A stretch of DNA of 40,143 nt from Octopus bimaculoides (Eukaryota). The position numbers and the translations under genes were made by a program. Under the pieces are notes generated by a model. The model was not told where the DNA came from and made no database searches. It saw only the letters and a list, made by a program, of their open reading frames with translations. Location: contig NC_068987.1 in NCBI RefSeq assembly GCF_001194135.2, forward strand, positions 11,153,667 through 11,193,809. Direction: 5' to 3'. The stretch's first letter is position 1, and the number at the start of each line of letters is the position of its first letter. Of this stretch, positions 21,613 to 34,004 are shown piece after piece.

Positions 21613-22462
21613 AATAGCGTATCTTAGGAATTATTACTCATGTCCTTCTTTTTTTTTTTAGAACAATAGGGTGTTCTCTGAGGTAGATTTAGCTGCTATT
21701 TCTAGCAAACCGACTGATGACATAGAGCACTCTCGTTCCATGCTCTCCTTCTTAGGTAGATTTCTCTACCATTTCTGGTGGATTTTGTGAAGGAAATAGA
21801 GTCCCAAACACGACCCACCCTATCCACCACTGCTCCGCTTTGGGTTGAAAGTACAGGTGACACAAGGTAGAAAGAGATGCCGCTACCATAGTGGCAGCTG
21901 TTTGAGTACAAATTGTACAGCGACGATTGCATGTGTGTGTGTGTGTATGTGTTGCGGAACACATGTCACTGGAATGTGGGGGTGGTTTTATGGCTGGATG
22001 GTGCCATCCTTAACAGCCGAACAAATACTTGACAATGCCTGCCTGTCTGCCTGCAGATGAGTAATGNNNNNNNNNNNNNNNNNNNNNNNNNNNNNNNNNN
22101 NNNNNNNNNNNNNNNNNNNNNNNNNNNNNNNNNNNNNNNNNNNNNNNNNNNNNNNNNNNNNNNNNNNNNNNNNNNNNNNNNNNNNNNNNNNNNNNNNNNN
22201 NNNNNNNNNNNNNNNNNNNNNNNNNNNNNNNNNNNNNNNNNNNNNNNNNNNNNNNNNNNNNNNNNNNNNNNNNNNNNNNNNNNNNNNNNNNNNNNNNNNN
22301 NNNNNNNNNNNNTAGGAGATGATGGAGAAGATGGCAGGAACGGGGACAGGGGTCGTGGCGGCATGAGGAGCTGGTGGGAAGCAGATGCAGTTTGCAACAA
22401 TTCCTGTTTCTGATAAAGTCAAGCAGCCAAAATATCACACTCACTTGTGTGTAGATGGGCGT

Positions 22463-22506
<44 letters not shown>

Positions 22507-22554
22507 TATAGTTTGGATGCTGGAGCAGCCATGTACAATTTAAATTTCTGACTA

Positions 22555-22601
<47 letters not shown>

Positions 22602-22802
22602 TTTTCTCTCATTTATGTATGTGTATTGTACTTGTTTGTGTATGCATGAGTGCATGTATATGTGTGTGTGTGTTTGTGTGTGTATATACACACATATATA
22701 CATGGTCACAAACATTTATATACACACACACGGACATTCATATGTAAAAATACACACAATTATTATAAGGAATATTGCAATGTAAAACTCTTGTATACAT
22801 TA

Positions 22803-23208
22803 GTGGCTGTGTGGTAAGTAGCTTGCCTACCAACCACATGGTTCCGGGTTCATTCCCACTGCGTGACATCTTGGGCAAGTGTCTTCTACTATAGCCTCGG
22901 GCCGACCAAAGCCTTGTGAGTGGATTTGGTAGACTGAAACTGAAAGAAGCCTGTCGTATCTATGTATATATATATGTATGCATGTGTATATGTTTGTGTG
23001 TCTGTGTATGTCCCCCCCCAACATCGCTTGACAACCGATGGTGGTGTGTCTACGTCCCCGTAACTTAGCGGTTCGGCAGAAGAGACCGATAGAATAAGTA
23101 CTAGGCTTCCAAAGAAGAATAAGTCCTGGGGTCGATTTACTCGACTAAAGGCGGTGCCCCAGCATGGCTGCAGTCAAATGACTGAAACAAGTAAAAGAGT
23201 AAAAAAGA
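22803..23208 (+). mobile_element. SINE-B near full length, young-looking reference copy
   Basis: Intact head boxes, internal (TA/TG)n, tail AAGTAAAAGAGTAAAAAAGAGTA. Confidence 0.95.
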
Positions 23209-24214
23209 GTATATATATGTGTGTGTTTATATATATATATATATATATATATGAATGCATGTGTCTGTGTGCATGCATATATTTATTGATACGTATACAT
23301 GCACATATATTTATATAACATATGTGTCTGTGTATGTATGATAAATTTGACTCTGTAAACAGTATTGAGTCCTTTCAACACTAAATGTTGTGTACAACTT
23401 TAAGATTTCACATCTCTTATATGAAGATTTATGTGTGCGCGCATGTGTGTGTGTGTGTGTGTGTGTGTATAGAATCATTTTTAACAATGGAAGCTATAGA
23501 TAATAGTGCATAGAATACTAGATGGAAAAAGCTGAAGGCTGCTCCGATATATACACGTATGTCTATATATATTTATATATATATATATATAGAGAGATAG
23601 ATAGATAGATATAGTGAGAGAAAGAGAAAGAGATGTATGTATGTATGTATATGCGTGTGTGTATGTATATATATATATATATAGGATATAATTACCATCG
23701 GGGACAGTCAGTGTTGATATATAAATGCTTTTGTGTATGTGTGTACACATTTGATAAACACACACACACACACACACACACACAGAGAGTCAACATTGGC
23801 TGTTTCTTATGCCCCAAAATTTCATTCAATTTCCTCCTGATTTAGTGAATCCTCTTTGTTGATTATGCCGACAACTGAAAAAGCCAATCCTTGTGAAAAA
23901 TAGGCAGGAACTAAAATGGTAAAGAAAAAATGGTGGAATCACAGTGGATATTGTATCTTGCATTCATTACATTCTTCTTTTGACTCCAGTTTTTCAGTTC
24001 CAATGATGATGATGATGATTGGTGATGGAGTGATGCTGGTTGGAACAGTTTGGGGCTTCAGTTTTCCACATTTTATCTAAATTCCAGTCATTTTAAAGAC
24101 TGATTTTTAACTGGTTTTTGTTATGTTGGAAAGGACATCCTCGTGATATTTCCCTCGTATTTAATTCTCTGAAGACTAAGTAACTGAGAAAGAAATCTCC
24201 CTTTCATTCTAGCC

Positions 24215-24530
24215 ATGTGTCTTAACTATTATAGCCTCGGGCTGACCAGAGCCTTGTGAGTGGATTTGGTAGACGGAAACTGAAAGAAGCCTGTTGTATA
24301 TATGTATATATATGTATGTGTGTATATGTTTGTCTGTGTTTGTCTTCCCAACATCGCTTGACAACCAATGCTGGTGTGTTTGTGTCCCTGTAACTTAGCG
24401 GTTTGGCAAAAGAGACCGATAGAATAAGTACTAGGCTTACAAAGAATAAGTCCTGGGGTCGATTTGCTTGACTAAAGGCGGTGCTCCAGCATGGCCACAG
24501 TTAAATGATTGAAACAAGTAAAAGAGTATA
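24215..24530 (+). mobile_element. SINE-B lacking head
   Basis: High identity to 22880-23205. Confidence 0.9.
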
Positions 24531-24929
24531 ATCTTAACAACTTAGCAAAGAAGCCTATATGTTGTCACTTGTGCTAAAAATAGCAGCCAAATCTTTCTCA
24601 AATTCCACCTTACTGTCTTTAAAAGGGCCTAGTAGTTCTTGATTTGCTACGTTATTCCCATGGTTTCTGCAGTTAATCAGATCAGCTGGAACCCCTGTTG
24701 TCATAACCCAAGGAGTGCCAGTTAAACTGTATGGCTATACCTGCGCACGTGTGTAAGTGTGTGTGTGTGTGTGTGCGTTTATATAGACGTATCAAATTGA
24801 TGTACCAGGTTATTAAAGTGAGAGAGAGAAGAAAAAAAGGGCTATATAGCACAGCTGACTTAGAAGAGATGCAGTATGGGGTACCACCAACACTTTGTTC
24901 CTATTGAGATAACTATAGAAGAAGTGAAG

Positions 24930-25504
24930 GTAGGTATCCATCAAGCCTCAGGTCTAATTCGTCCCCCACCCCACCGTTTGTTCTTCTTTATAGTTCTCCA
25001 GGCCATAACAGAGGTGCTTAAGTCCAACTGTCTGTGAGAACACTTGTACACTGATGACCCAGTTCTCACAGCTGAATCTGGCGAAGATTTTGAGAAGATA
25101 TTGTAAACATGGAAGCAGAGAAAAAAAAAGAAAAGAAACTAGAATTAAGAGGTCTAGAAGTTAACCTAGCAAAAACAAAAGTTTTATTTAGCAGTGGGGA
25201 AGAAGACAGGACTGCTGCTGTGAGGGGAGTGGCCATCCTCAATGTGCAGAAAAAGGGGTAGGTAGGGATTCCATATGGTGTACTCAAACTGTGAGTGCAT
25301 GCAAAAGAGTTGTAATAGGATCACAGACGGGGTAACAGACAGGGCAAACTTTGCCTGTAGCAGATGTGCAGGAGTGGTTTAGCAGTAACAATACCCATGA
25401 AAGAAATTCTTTCAAATGTCTGTAAGGCTCTCCTAGATATAGTTAATAGTTTCTCTTACCTAGGGGATCTAATTAGTCATAGAAATGGGTGTTCCAAAAG
25501 CATT
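24930..25504 (+). mobile_element. Degenerate RTE-clade LINE reverse transcriptase fragment with Cys-rich insertion
   Basis: VGIHQ..., FIVLQAITE, LYTDD at 25044-25058 (YADD-equivalent), RGLEVNLAKTKVL, Cys-rich segment (WCTQ..CSRCAG), SFSYLGDLIS. Many stops and frameshifts. Confidence 0.85.
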
Positions 25505-25563
25505 GGTTGTGTGTGTGTGTATTCATCATTGCGTATGAGTAGATATGTGAGTTTGCATGCATG

Positions 25564-25594
<31 letters not shown>

Positions 25595-25649
25595 CTACCT
25601 TCTGATGTTAGAAATCCTTATAAATAATATCTCGAGGTGTCTGATCTCA

Positions 25650-26015
25650 AAATGATAATAAAAGAAAAAGGGATCAGTTTTAAAATTCATCTCACAGCTT
25701 TTGGGGGCATGCTAAAGAGAAATTTGCCAGAACTTGAAAGAATCCAAGCATATCTACATTTCTTCAGACAAAGCTAAAAATAACTGCAAAACTGATCCCT
25801 GCATATACCACCATAGGGAGTTTTCCAACAATAACACCAACGCCTACATGAAAGCTGACCCTTGAATTTAACATGCTATTAATTTAGACAAAAACGAAAC
25901 AGCTACCAACCAAGAGATAGATGATAAAGTCGAAACCTTAGCATTATGTGAACCATACGTTACATTTAAAGATCATAAGTATAATTGTCTTACCAGTCTT
26001 AAATGTAAATTGATA
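25650..26015 (+). mobile_element. Degenerate Penelope-like element fragment (pre-RT/N-terminal RT region)
   Basis: One frame reads HIYISSDKAKNNCKTDPCIYHHREFSNNNTNAYMKADP*I*HAINLDKNETATNQEIDDKVETLALCEPYVTFKDHKYNCLTSLKCKLI. This matches the PLE motifs .DK, N.T..YKK, IDD..E.L and F.TLKDHK...CRLI. Confidence 0.75.
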
Positions 26016-26034
26016 TAGGGCACAGCTGCGTCTT

Positions 26035-26160
26035 AGGGTGCAGGCGTGGCTGTGTGGTGAGAAGTTTGCTTCTCACTGCATGGCACTTTCGGCAAGTGTT
26101 TCCTGCTGTAGCTTGGTGAATGGATTTGATAGTCAGAAACTGAAAGAAACCCATCATATA
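26035..26160 (+). mobile_element. SINE-B head, deleted and degenerate
   Basis: GGGTGCAGGCGTGGCTGTGTGG...AACTGAAAGAAACCCATC. Confidence 0.75.
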
Positions 26161-26174
26161 TGTATATATATATA

Positions 26175-26335
26175 AAGACGCCCTTTAGTCATGAATGACC
26201 ATGGGATTGCACCTAGAAAGTTATCCCTCCGAGGCACAAGTCCAGGTAAGGTTGTTTATGGAAGACCAGCAGTTGCCCGTGCATACCGGCTTCCCCTCTC
26301 CATGCCACCGCTGTTATCCAAGGGAAAGGAAAAGG
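26175..26335 (-). mobile_element. 3' part of another retroposon family (F)
   Basis: GACCATGGGATTGCACCTAGAAAG..GAGGCACAAGTCC..AAGGTTGTTTATGG, recalled as a common octopus repeat. Single copy in this window. Confidence 0.45.
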
Positions 26336-26364
26336 TTGACTTTGGCTTTCATCCTTTTGGGGGT

Positions 26365-26461
26365 CGATAAATTAAGTACCAGTTGCGTACTGGGGAAGGC
26401 GATAAATTAAGTACCAGTTGCGTACTGGAGAAGGCGATAAATTAAGTACCAGTTGCGTACT
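26365..26461 (+). repeat. 35-bp minisatellite derived from the SINE-A core, running into a gap
   Basis: CGATAAATTAAGTACCAGTTGCGTACTGG.GAAGG starts at 26365, 26400 and 26435. An (ATT)n SINE tail resumes after the gap at 26893. Confidence 0.9.
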
Positions 26462-26892
26462 NNNNNNNNNNNNNNNNNNNNNNNNNNNNNNNNNNNNNNN
26501 NNNNNNNNNNNNNNNNNNNNNNNNNNNNNNNNNNNNNNNNNNNNNNNNNNNNNNNNNNNNNNNNNNNNNNNNNNNNNNNNNNNNNNNNNNNNNNNNNNNN
26601 NNNNNNNNNNNNNNNNNNNNNNNNNNNNNNNNNNNNNNNNNNNNNNNNNNNNNNNNNNNNNNNNNNNNNNNNNNNNNNNNNNNNNNNNNNNNNNNNNNNN
26701 NNNNNNNNNNNNNNNNNNNNNNNNNNNNNNNNNNNNNNNNNNNNNNNNNNNNNNNNNNNNNNNNNNNNNNNNNNNNNNNNNNNNNNNNNNNNNNNNNNNN
26801 NNNNNNNNNNNNNNNNNNNNNNNNNNNNNNNNNNNNNNNNNNNNNNNNNNNNNNNNNNNNNNNNNNNNNNNNNNNNNNNNNNNNNNNNNNNN

Positions 26893-26956
<64 letters not shown>

Positions 26957-27329
26957 CATCATCATTATTTATCAGATTTCTTTTGTCACACATTCTGTGA
27001 CCTTTTCAATGACATCCTGTCTTTCGTTTCTCCTCTTGTCCAGTCTGTGTCCCCCCCACCATTGTTTTTTCTGTGCCATGTATCTTTATCTGTGTCCTGC
27101 ATTTATGTTACTATCTATGTATGTGTGTGTATATGGGCTTGTATGTTACACTGTTTGTACCCATGTCTTATTGTTTTCTTCTTCAACATTCTGTCTTTAG
27201 TTATCAGGTATGTGACTTTGTGTTTGTCTCTTATCACTACTTGACAACTGGTGTTGATTCGGTTATATCCGGGGTAACTTAGTGGCCTTAGAATAAGACA
27301 CCAATAGACTAAGTACCTAGCTTATAACA

Positions 27330-27361
<32 letters not shown>

Positions 27362-27377
27362 GTGTGTGTGCGCGCGT

Positions 27378-27417
<40 letters not shown>

Positions 27418-28164
27418 NNNNNNNNNNNNNNNNNNNNNNNNNNNNNNNNNNNNNNNNNNNNNNNNNNNNNNNNNNNNNNNNNNNNNNNNNNNNNNNNNNN
27501 NNNNNNNNNNNNNNNNNNNNNNNNNNNNNNNNNNNNNNNNNNNNNNNNNNNNNNNNNNNNNNNNNNNNNNNNNNNNNNNNNNNNNNNNNNNNNNNNNNNN
27601 NNNNNNNNNNNNNNNNNNNNNNNNNNNNNNNNNNNNNNNNNNNNNNNNNNNNNNNNNNNNNNNNNNNNNNNNNNNNNNNNNNNNNNNNNNNNNNNNNNNN
27701 NNNNNNNNNNNNNNNNNNNNNNNNNNNNNNNNNNNNNNNNNNNNNNNNNNNNNNNNNNNNNNNNNNNNNNNNNNNNNNNNNNNNNNNNNNNAATAAAGAA
27801 TTTTTGTATATTTTTCATTTGTCTTGCCCCGCTTATGTTCTGGTGTTTGCTGAATTTTTTCTGGAGAACATTATTTTCCTTTGTGGTCGGGTCGTTGATG
27901 ACCTCTTTCTAGCATATCGGATGTCCACCTAGTGGTCATCCCTTCTTATATGCATGTAATACAATTTTTCTGAATTTTCAGATTTTTTTATATTCTAGGC
28001 CACTGGGTTTAAATTGATGTTAATTAAATTAATATTCAATTTATCACCCTCAGTATATGTGTGTATATATATGTGTATATTATATATATATATTATATAT
28101 ATATATATGCAACAAATAAATAAGTGATTCATCCATCTCAGAACATGCCCTTTGCATATTCTTT

Positions 28165-28385
28165 TCTTTTATTTTATTTGTTTCAGTCATTTTGACTATG
28201 GCCATGCTGGAGCACCGCCTTTAGTCGAGCAAATCGACCCCAGGACTTATTCTTTGTAAGCCTAGTACTTGTTCTATTGCTCTCTTTTGCCGAACCACTA
28301 AGTTATGGGGACGTAAACACACCAGCATCGGTTGTCGAGCGATGGTGGGAGGTGGGGAACAAACACAGACACACAAACATATACT
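28165..28385 (-). mobile_element. SINE-B 3' half
   Basis: Reverse complement of the family B 3' region. Confidence 0.9.
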
Positions 28386-28689
28386 TACATATTATAATAT
28401 TAGGGATAAAATCCAAAATTACAGGTAAAAACTCAATAAAACTTACATACATACATATAAAGCCTTTCAAGGTGAGTCCAGTGACTGAAACAAGTAAAAA
28501 AATAAAAGATATCTTGGGAAAAGCGAGATAGACAAAGACAGCAGAAATATTTTAGATTCCATTATTTCAACACTTAGAAGGTCACGGCTGTTCTCTTCTT
28601 TTATAATAGGTTATCAGTTATCAAGTGTTTCTCTAACAGATAATAATTAGCACTTTTGTTAATTTATGTGGTTCAGTACGATAGGGTTT

Positions 28690-28763
28690 TATTGGCCTAT
28701 AACTAAATCACTTCTCAACAAAGCCTATTATTGGCCTATTACTAAATCCCTTCTCAGCAAAGC
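28690..28763. repeat. 39-bp tandem duplication
   Basis: TATTGGCCTAT.ACTAAATC.CTTCTCA.CAAAGC at 28690 and 28729. Confidence 0.9.
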
Positions 28764-29058
28764 TTTATTTTATTTGATCGTTAATATTGTTATGCTTCTG
28801 CGAATGTGTCTCTTTCTGTGTCACCGTGTCATGATTGATCATATGACGTAACTAAATTACGAACTCAGAAATTCCAGATTGTAATAAAATATGTGTGTAC
28901 ATATGTATGTATATGCATACATACATGTATGCATGCACATGTGTGTGTATACATATATATTATATATTATATGTATATCATCATCATCTATATATATATA
29001 TAAATATATATATATAAATAAATATAATGGAATAATTACTATGAAGCATTGTGTAGAA

Positions 29059-29326
29059 TATATTGTATAAATGGTTGTAGGTAAGGCAAAAACAATGCGA
29101 GGTAAATGCAAGGTAAATCACAAGAAAACAAATATATGAATTAATGTAGACTTACCTTGTATTCAATATTTTGGGGGTTATGACCCCATTTTGAAGAAAT
29201 TGTGAAAATGGGGTCATAACCCCTAAATATTGAATACAAGGTACGTCTACATTAATTCACATATTTGTTTTCTTGTGATTTACTTTGCATTGTTTTGGCC
29301 TTACCCATGATCTGTTATACAATATA
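29059..29326. repeat. Long imperfect palindrome (foldback/MITE-like)
   Basis: Left arm 29059-29192, spacer GAAGAAATTGTG 29193-29204, right arm 29205-29326. The inner ~90 bp pair with few mismatches. Confidence 0.9.
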
Positions 29327-29394
29327 TAAATGTGTATATATGTATGTATATGTGTGTGGGGGGGGGCGGAGATTTTGATATTTTTATGCATATA

Positions 29395-29978
29395 TCTTTT
29401 ACTTATTTCAGTCATTAGACTGTGGCCATTCTGGGGCGCTACGTTGAAGAATTTTTAGTTGAATGAATTGAGCCAGTATTTATTTTTTTTTAAGCTTAGT
29501 TCTTATTCTATTTGGGTCTCTTTTGCCAAACTGATAAGCTACAGGAACATAAACACAGTAACACTGGTTACCAAAGGGCTATCTGGGATCAACACAGGCA
29601 CAAAGTTACGCATGCACACACACACACACACACACACATATGCACACATATATATATCTTCATTACATCCGCTGTTTAGTATTGACTTTTTTACACCGCT
29701 AAGTTACGGGGACGTAAACACACCAGCATCAGTTGTCAAGCGATGTTGGGGGACAAACACAGACACACAAACATATACACACACACATACTCATGCATAT
29801 ATATACATATATATGACGGGTTTCTTTCAGTTTCCGTCTACCAAATCCACTCACAAGGCTTTGGTCGGCCCAAGGCTATAATGGAAGACACTTGCCCGAG
29901 GTGCCATGCAGTGGAACTGAACCTGGAACCATGCGGTTCGTAAGCAAGCTACTTACCACACAGCCACTCCTACGCCTA
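29395..29978 (-). mobile_element. Two SINE-B copies (3' part 29395-29600; 29690-29978 with head)
   Basis: Reverse complement of the family B consensus. Confidence 0.85.
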
Positions 29979-30126
29979 TGTATATGTATATAATGTATGT
30001 ATATATGTGTAAGTATGTATATGTAAATAAACTGGTATATACATATGTGTGTGTGAGTGCTTAAGTGCAGAATAAGACAGGAGAATTAAAATTTTTGTTA
30101 TATCATCATAGATTTCATAATCTGTG

Positions 30127-30164
<38 letters not shown>

Positions 30165-31104
30165 GTGTATGTTTTATATGTGTGTCTGAGTCTATATGTA
30201 TATATATGTACACAAACGCACATAGATAGATAGACTGGGTACATGCACACACATACACATACATTTACAGTTATAGAAAACTTGCAGTCATTGGCTGTGG
30301 CTTCCAGTTTTACACCTCAAAGCTTAGCTAGGCTGTTTGAATAAGTCTAGTGGGGCGAGACGTGAAGTCACAGTCAAACACTATGTATAATATATCTGAC
30401 TCTATTTTGGGATGGTGTCCTTTCATCATAAAATTTCTATGTTGATTTTTTTTCACTTAATGACCTTATCATTAACAGTGGTGTGTGCGTGTGCTTGTGT
30501 GTGTATGTAAGTACATGTTTTTGTGTGCAGGTATATATATATAATCATTATTTTAATGTCTGCTTTTCTATGTTTGCATGGGTCAGATAGCATTCAATTC
30601 AGATTTCCTGTTGCTGGATGCCATTCCTGTTGCATGTGAATTTAGGAAGTGGAGACTACAAGAATCCTGTCACGTGTGTGTGTAAGTGTGTGTGTGTGTA
30701 AGCATTGATATATGTTGAACAAATAAATATGAGAGAATAGTCAGTACATGCTGTAGAATATATGGCTATTTTGTGGCTCAAGTTTCATGCCAGTGCGATC
30801 TTCAGGTGAGAACTGTTACTACTCAGTTTTGGTGGCATATTTATATTCATGGCTGTGCGTATTTTCCCATGTTTTTGTTTCTTCGTTGGTTTGCATTTGC
30901 CAATTAGTTGTTATTTTTCTGCCTCTTCATCAGTTACTATTTGATGAGGGGGTATGTTCTTAATGTGCCTGTTCTATGTACCCTGTGTTGCTACAGTTTT
31001 CACTTGAAGAGCACAGTGGCATGAAACTCCAGTTCTAAGATAAAGCTCATCATGTCTCTTCATGCCAAGACACCTAACCCATACGAGCATAGAAAAAGGG
31101 ACTC

Positions 31105-31119
31105 TTATTATTATTATTA

Positions 31120-31180
<61 letters not shown>

Positions 31181-31392
31181 GGTGATGAACTGACAGAACC
31201 ATTAGCATGTCGTGCAAGGCGCTGTTAAGTGTTTTGCTTGTCATTACATTCTAAGTTCAAATTCTGCCGAGGTAGACTTTGCCTTTCATCCTGATAGGGT
31301 CGATAAATTAAATATCAGTGAAGCACTGGGGTTGATGTAATTGACTAGTCCCCTCCCAACAAATTTCAGGACTTGTGGCTTTAGTAGAAAGG

Positions 31393-31454
<62 letters not shown>

Positions 31455-31697
31455 GAGGGCGGTAAGCTGGCAGACTTATTAGCATACTGGACGAAATGCT
31501 TAGTGGCATTTCACCCATTGCTACATTCTGATTTCAAATTCCACCGAGGTCGACTTTGCCTTTCACCCTTGTGGGGTCGATAGATTAAGTACCAGTGAAA
31601 TTCTGGGTTGATGTAACTAGCTCATCTTCTCCCCCAAAATGGCTCCCCTTGTGGAAAAATTTGAAACTATTATTATTATTATTATTATTATTATTAT
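31105..31697 (+). mobile_element. Two tandem SINE-A copies (31180-31393, 31455-31668) separated and flanked by long (TTA)n
   Basis: Family A consensus. (TTA)n at 31105-31180, 31393-31453 and 31668-31697. Confidence 0.9.
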
Positions 31698-32159
31698 GGT
31701 GTGTGTGTGCTTGTTTGCATGCAGGTACACACATATACTCTGCATACACACATAAATATACTTACATACAATATATTCATATTTACATACATTGTATTTT
31801 TTCATTTCCTTTTTTTTTTGCACATGTATGTATGTATGTATGCGTGTGTGNNNNNNNNNNNNNNNNNNNNNNNNNNNNNNNNNNNNNNNNNNNNNNNNNN
31901 NNNNNNNNNNNNNNNNNNNNNNNNNNNNNNNNNNNNNNNNNNNNNNNNNNNNNNNNNNNNNNNNNNNNNNNNNNNNNNNNNNNNNNNNNNNNNNNNNNNN
32001 NNNNNNNNNNNNNNNNNNNNNNNNNNNNNNNNNNNNNNNNNNNNNNNNNNNNNNNNNNNNNNNNNNNNNNNNNNNNNNNNNNNNNNNNNNNNNNNNNNNN
32101 NNNNNNNNNNNNNNNNNNNNNNNNNNNNNNNNNNNNNNNNNNNNNNNNNNTTTTGAAGG

Positions 32160-32365
32160 CCTTTAAACAAACAATTCGATCACTGTACTTGTGTCTTTTT
32201 GTATTATTTTAAAGCCTGGTACTTATTCTACCATTCTCTTCTGCTGAACCACTAAATTATGGGAGATGTAAACAAACCAACACCCATTGTCAAGTAATGG
32301 GTGTTGGTTTGAAGGCAGCGAGCTGGCAGAAACGTTAGCATGCCAGGCGAAATGCTTAGTGGTTT
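32160..32365. mobile_element. SINE-B fragment (-) followed by a SINE-A head (+)
   Basis: CTGGTACTTATTCTA...TTGTCAAG, then GAAGGCAGCGAGCTGGCAGAAACGTTAGC. Confidence 0.7.
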
Positions 32366-32384
32366 TTTTTACCAATTTTTTTTT

Positions 32385-32567
32385 TTCAGTGGTATAATAC
32401 CAAATTTGGCATGAAGGTTTTTCATTACTCAGGGAAAGTTCAGAATGGGAGGGTCAAATTTTGGCCCTTGCTCATATAGTGGGCTGTAGCCCCCCCCCCC
32501 CCAGCATTTCCAATTTTTTCTCAGCGGTATAATACCAAATTTGGCATGAAGGTTTTTCATTACTCAG
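32385..32567. repeat. 47-bp direct repeat pair
   Basis: TCAG.GGTATAATACCAAATTTGGCATGAAGGTTTTTCATTACTCAG at ~32386 and ~32521. Confidence 0.85.
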
Positions 32568-32851
32568 AGAAGGCTCTAGTCACTTATATAGGAATTACCA
32601 CAAAGATTTCTTGGGGGTTATTGTTTAATCCAAAGCCTCAGAGTAAATATTATTCTTGGTTTTGCCCTGTTGTGCCACGACAGAGTGATCATCGGCGTTT
32701 TGGACACTAGAATTGCCAAGATGTAGTTGTTCATGTGAAAAAGACGGGCCTTTGATATGGGTTATTTACTTGTTTGGTCAAAATACTTCCAATAATCGCT
32801 CTTGAGATGTGTTGGTGGTTATGCTAAAGTCAGGAAATTTTTACTTTTTAA

Positions 32852-33080
32852 CCCTTTTGTTACATTATTTCTGTTGAATTATGTTGTATTTGTTTCAATT
32901 AATTTTGAAAATAATAAAGAATTTGGTAAAACATTTTGGTCATTATTAAACTGGTAATTGGAACATAAATTAACAAAGAATTTTAAGAATTTTAACAAAA
33001 AATTTTAATTTAGATCACTTTATATAGAAAGTTTACATAAAAAAAAATTGGGCAGTCTTGGGTGGGTTGTATCAAAAGGG
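32852..33080. mobile_element. piggyBac-type MITE, intact ends
   Basis: TTAA (32848-32851), CCCTTTTGTTAC ... GTATCAAAAGGG, TTAA (33081-33084). No ORF inside. Confidence 0.9.
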
Positions 33081-33584
33081 TTAAACCGAAATTCTAAATC
33101 ATTTTGCTTCTGGAATAGTCTGGAAATGAAACAGCTGTACCCAATAAATTTTCCTGGAAAGTGATTAAGATGATAACTTTTGTGTTGTTCCAAAGTTCTA
33201 GACAACTTTGGTTATGGCTTGAAGGAGATTGTGCTGATTTTTTTCAGTTTGTCCTAGTTTCAATGTATTGGTCTCCCAAAATACAAGCACTTATAGGAAT
33301 TACAATAGTGCGTAGGAATTACCATTCTGTGTAGGAATAGCAGCTGATGTAGATGATGTATTGGTTAACTTACACTTAGCCAACAGCAGTTGGGTCAGAA
33401 CAGATACCAGTCGTACTCTTTTGTAATGTTCTTTTGTATTGAGTGAACACAGGTTATTTTTTTATCTCATTATTTAGACCATTCAGTGCTGGAAAAGACT
33501 GCATAAATGTACCAATCGATAGATGTATACAGATTTTAAGCACACACATGCACTCACACACAAATTTATATGTGTGTGTGTATG

Positions 33585-33797
33585 TGCTGGTGCCATGTAA
33601 AAAATCACTTGGTCCACTCTGCAGAGTGGTTGGTGTTAAGAAGGGTATCTAGCCGTAAAAAGACTATTCCAGAACAGACACAGCAGCTTCGTGTAGTCTT
33701 CTACCTGGCTGGCTCCTGTCAAACCCATGCCAGCATGGAAGGCAGACATTAACTGATGATGATGATGATAATATATATTTATAATATATATATATAT

Positions 33798-33844
<47 letters not shown>

Positions 33845-33965
33845 CTGTAGAAACTCTGCCAGATCAGATTGGAGTCTGGTGTAGCCTTCTGGTTCACCAG
33901 TCCCCAGTCAAATCGTCCAACCCATGCTAGCATGGAAGGCGTACGTTAAATGATGATGATGATGA
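33585..33965 (+). mobile_element. Two tandem RTE 3'-end copies (family E), each with a (GAT)n tail then (TA)n
   Basis: CCCATGCCAGCATGGAAGGCAGACATTAACTGATGATG and CCCATGCTAGCATGGAAGGCGTACGTTAAATGATGATG. Confidence 0.85.
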
Positions 33966-34004
33966 TATATATATATATATATATATATTGTATTTTATAT
34001 GTGT

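Noticed and set aside
30755-30810. Strong donor CAG|GTGAGA with a short open upstream segment
   Set aside because: The acceptor is weak, and all three frames are open and unrecognisable.
30995-31040. TGAAGAG...GAAAC as a minimal hammerhead
   Set aside because: The core has an extra base (CTTGAAGA), and neither stem I nor stem II pairs.
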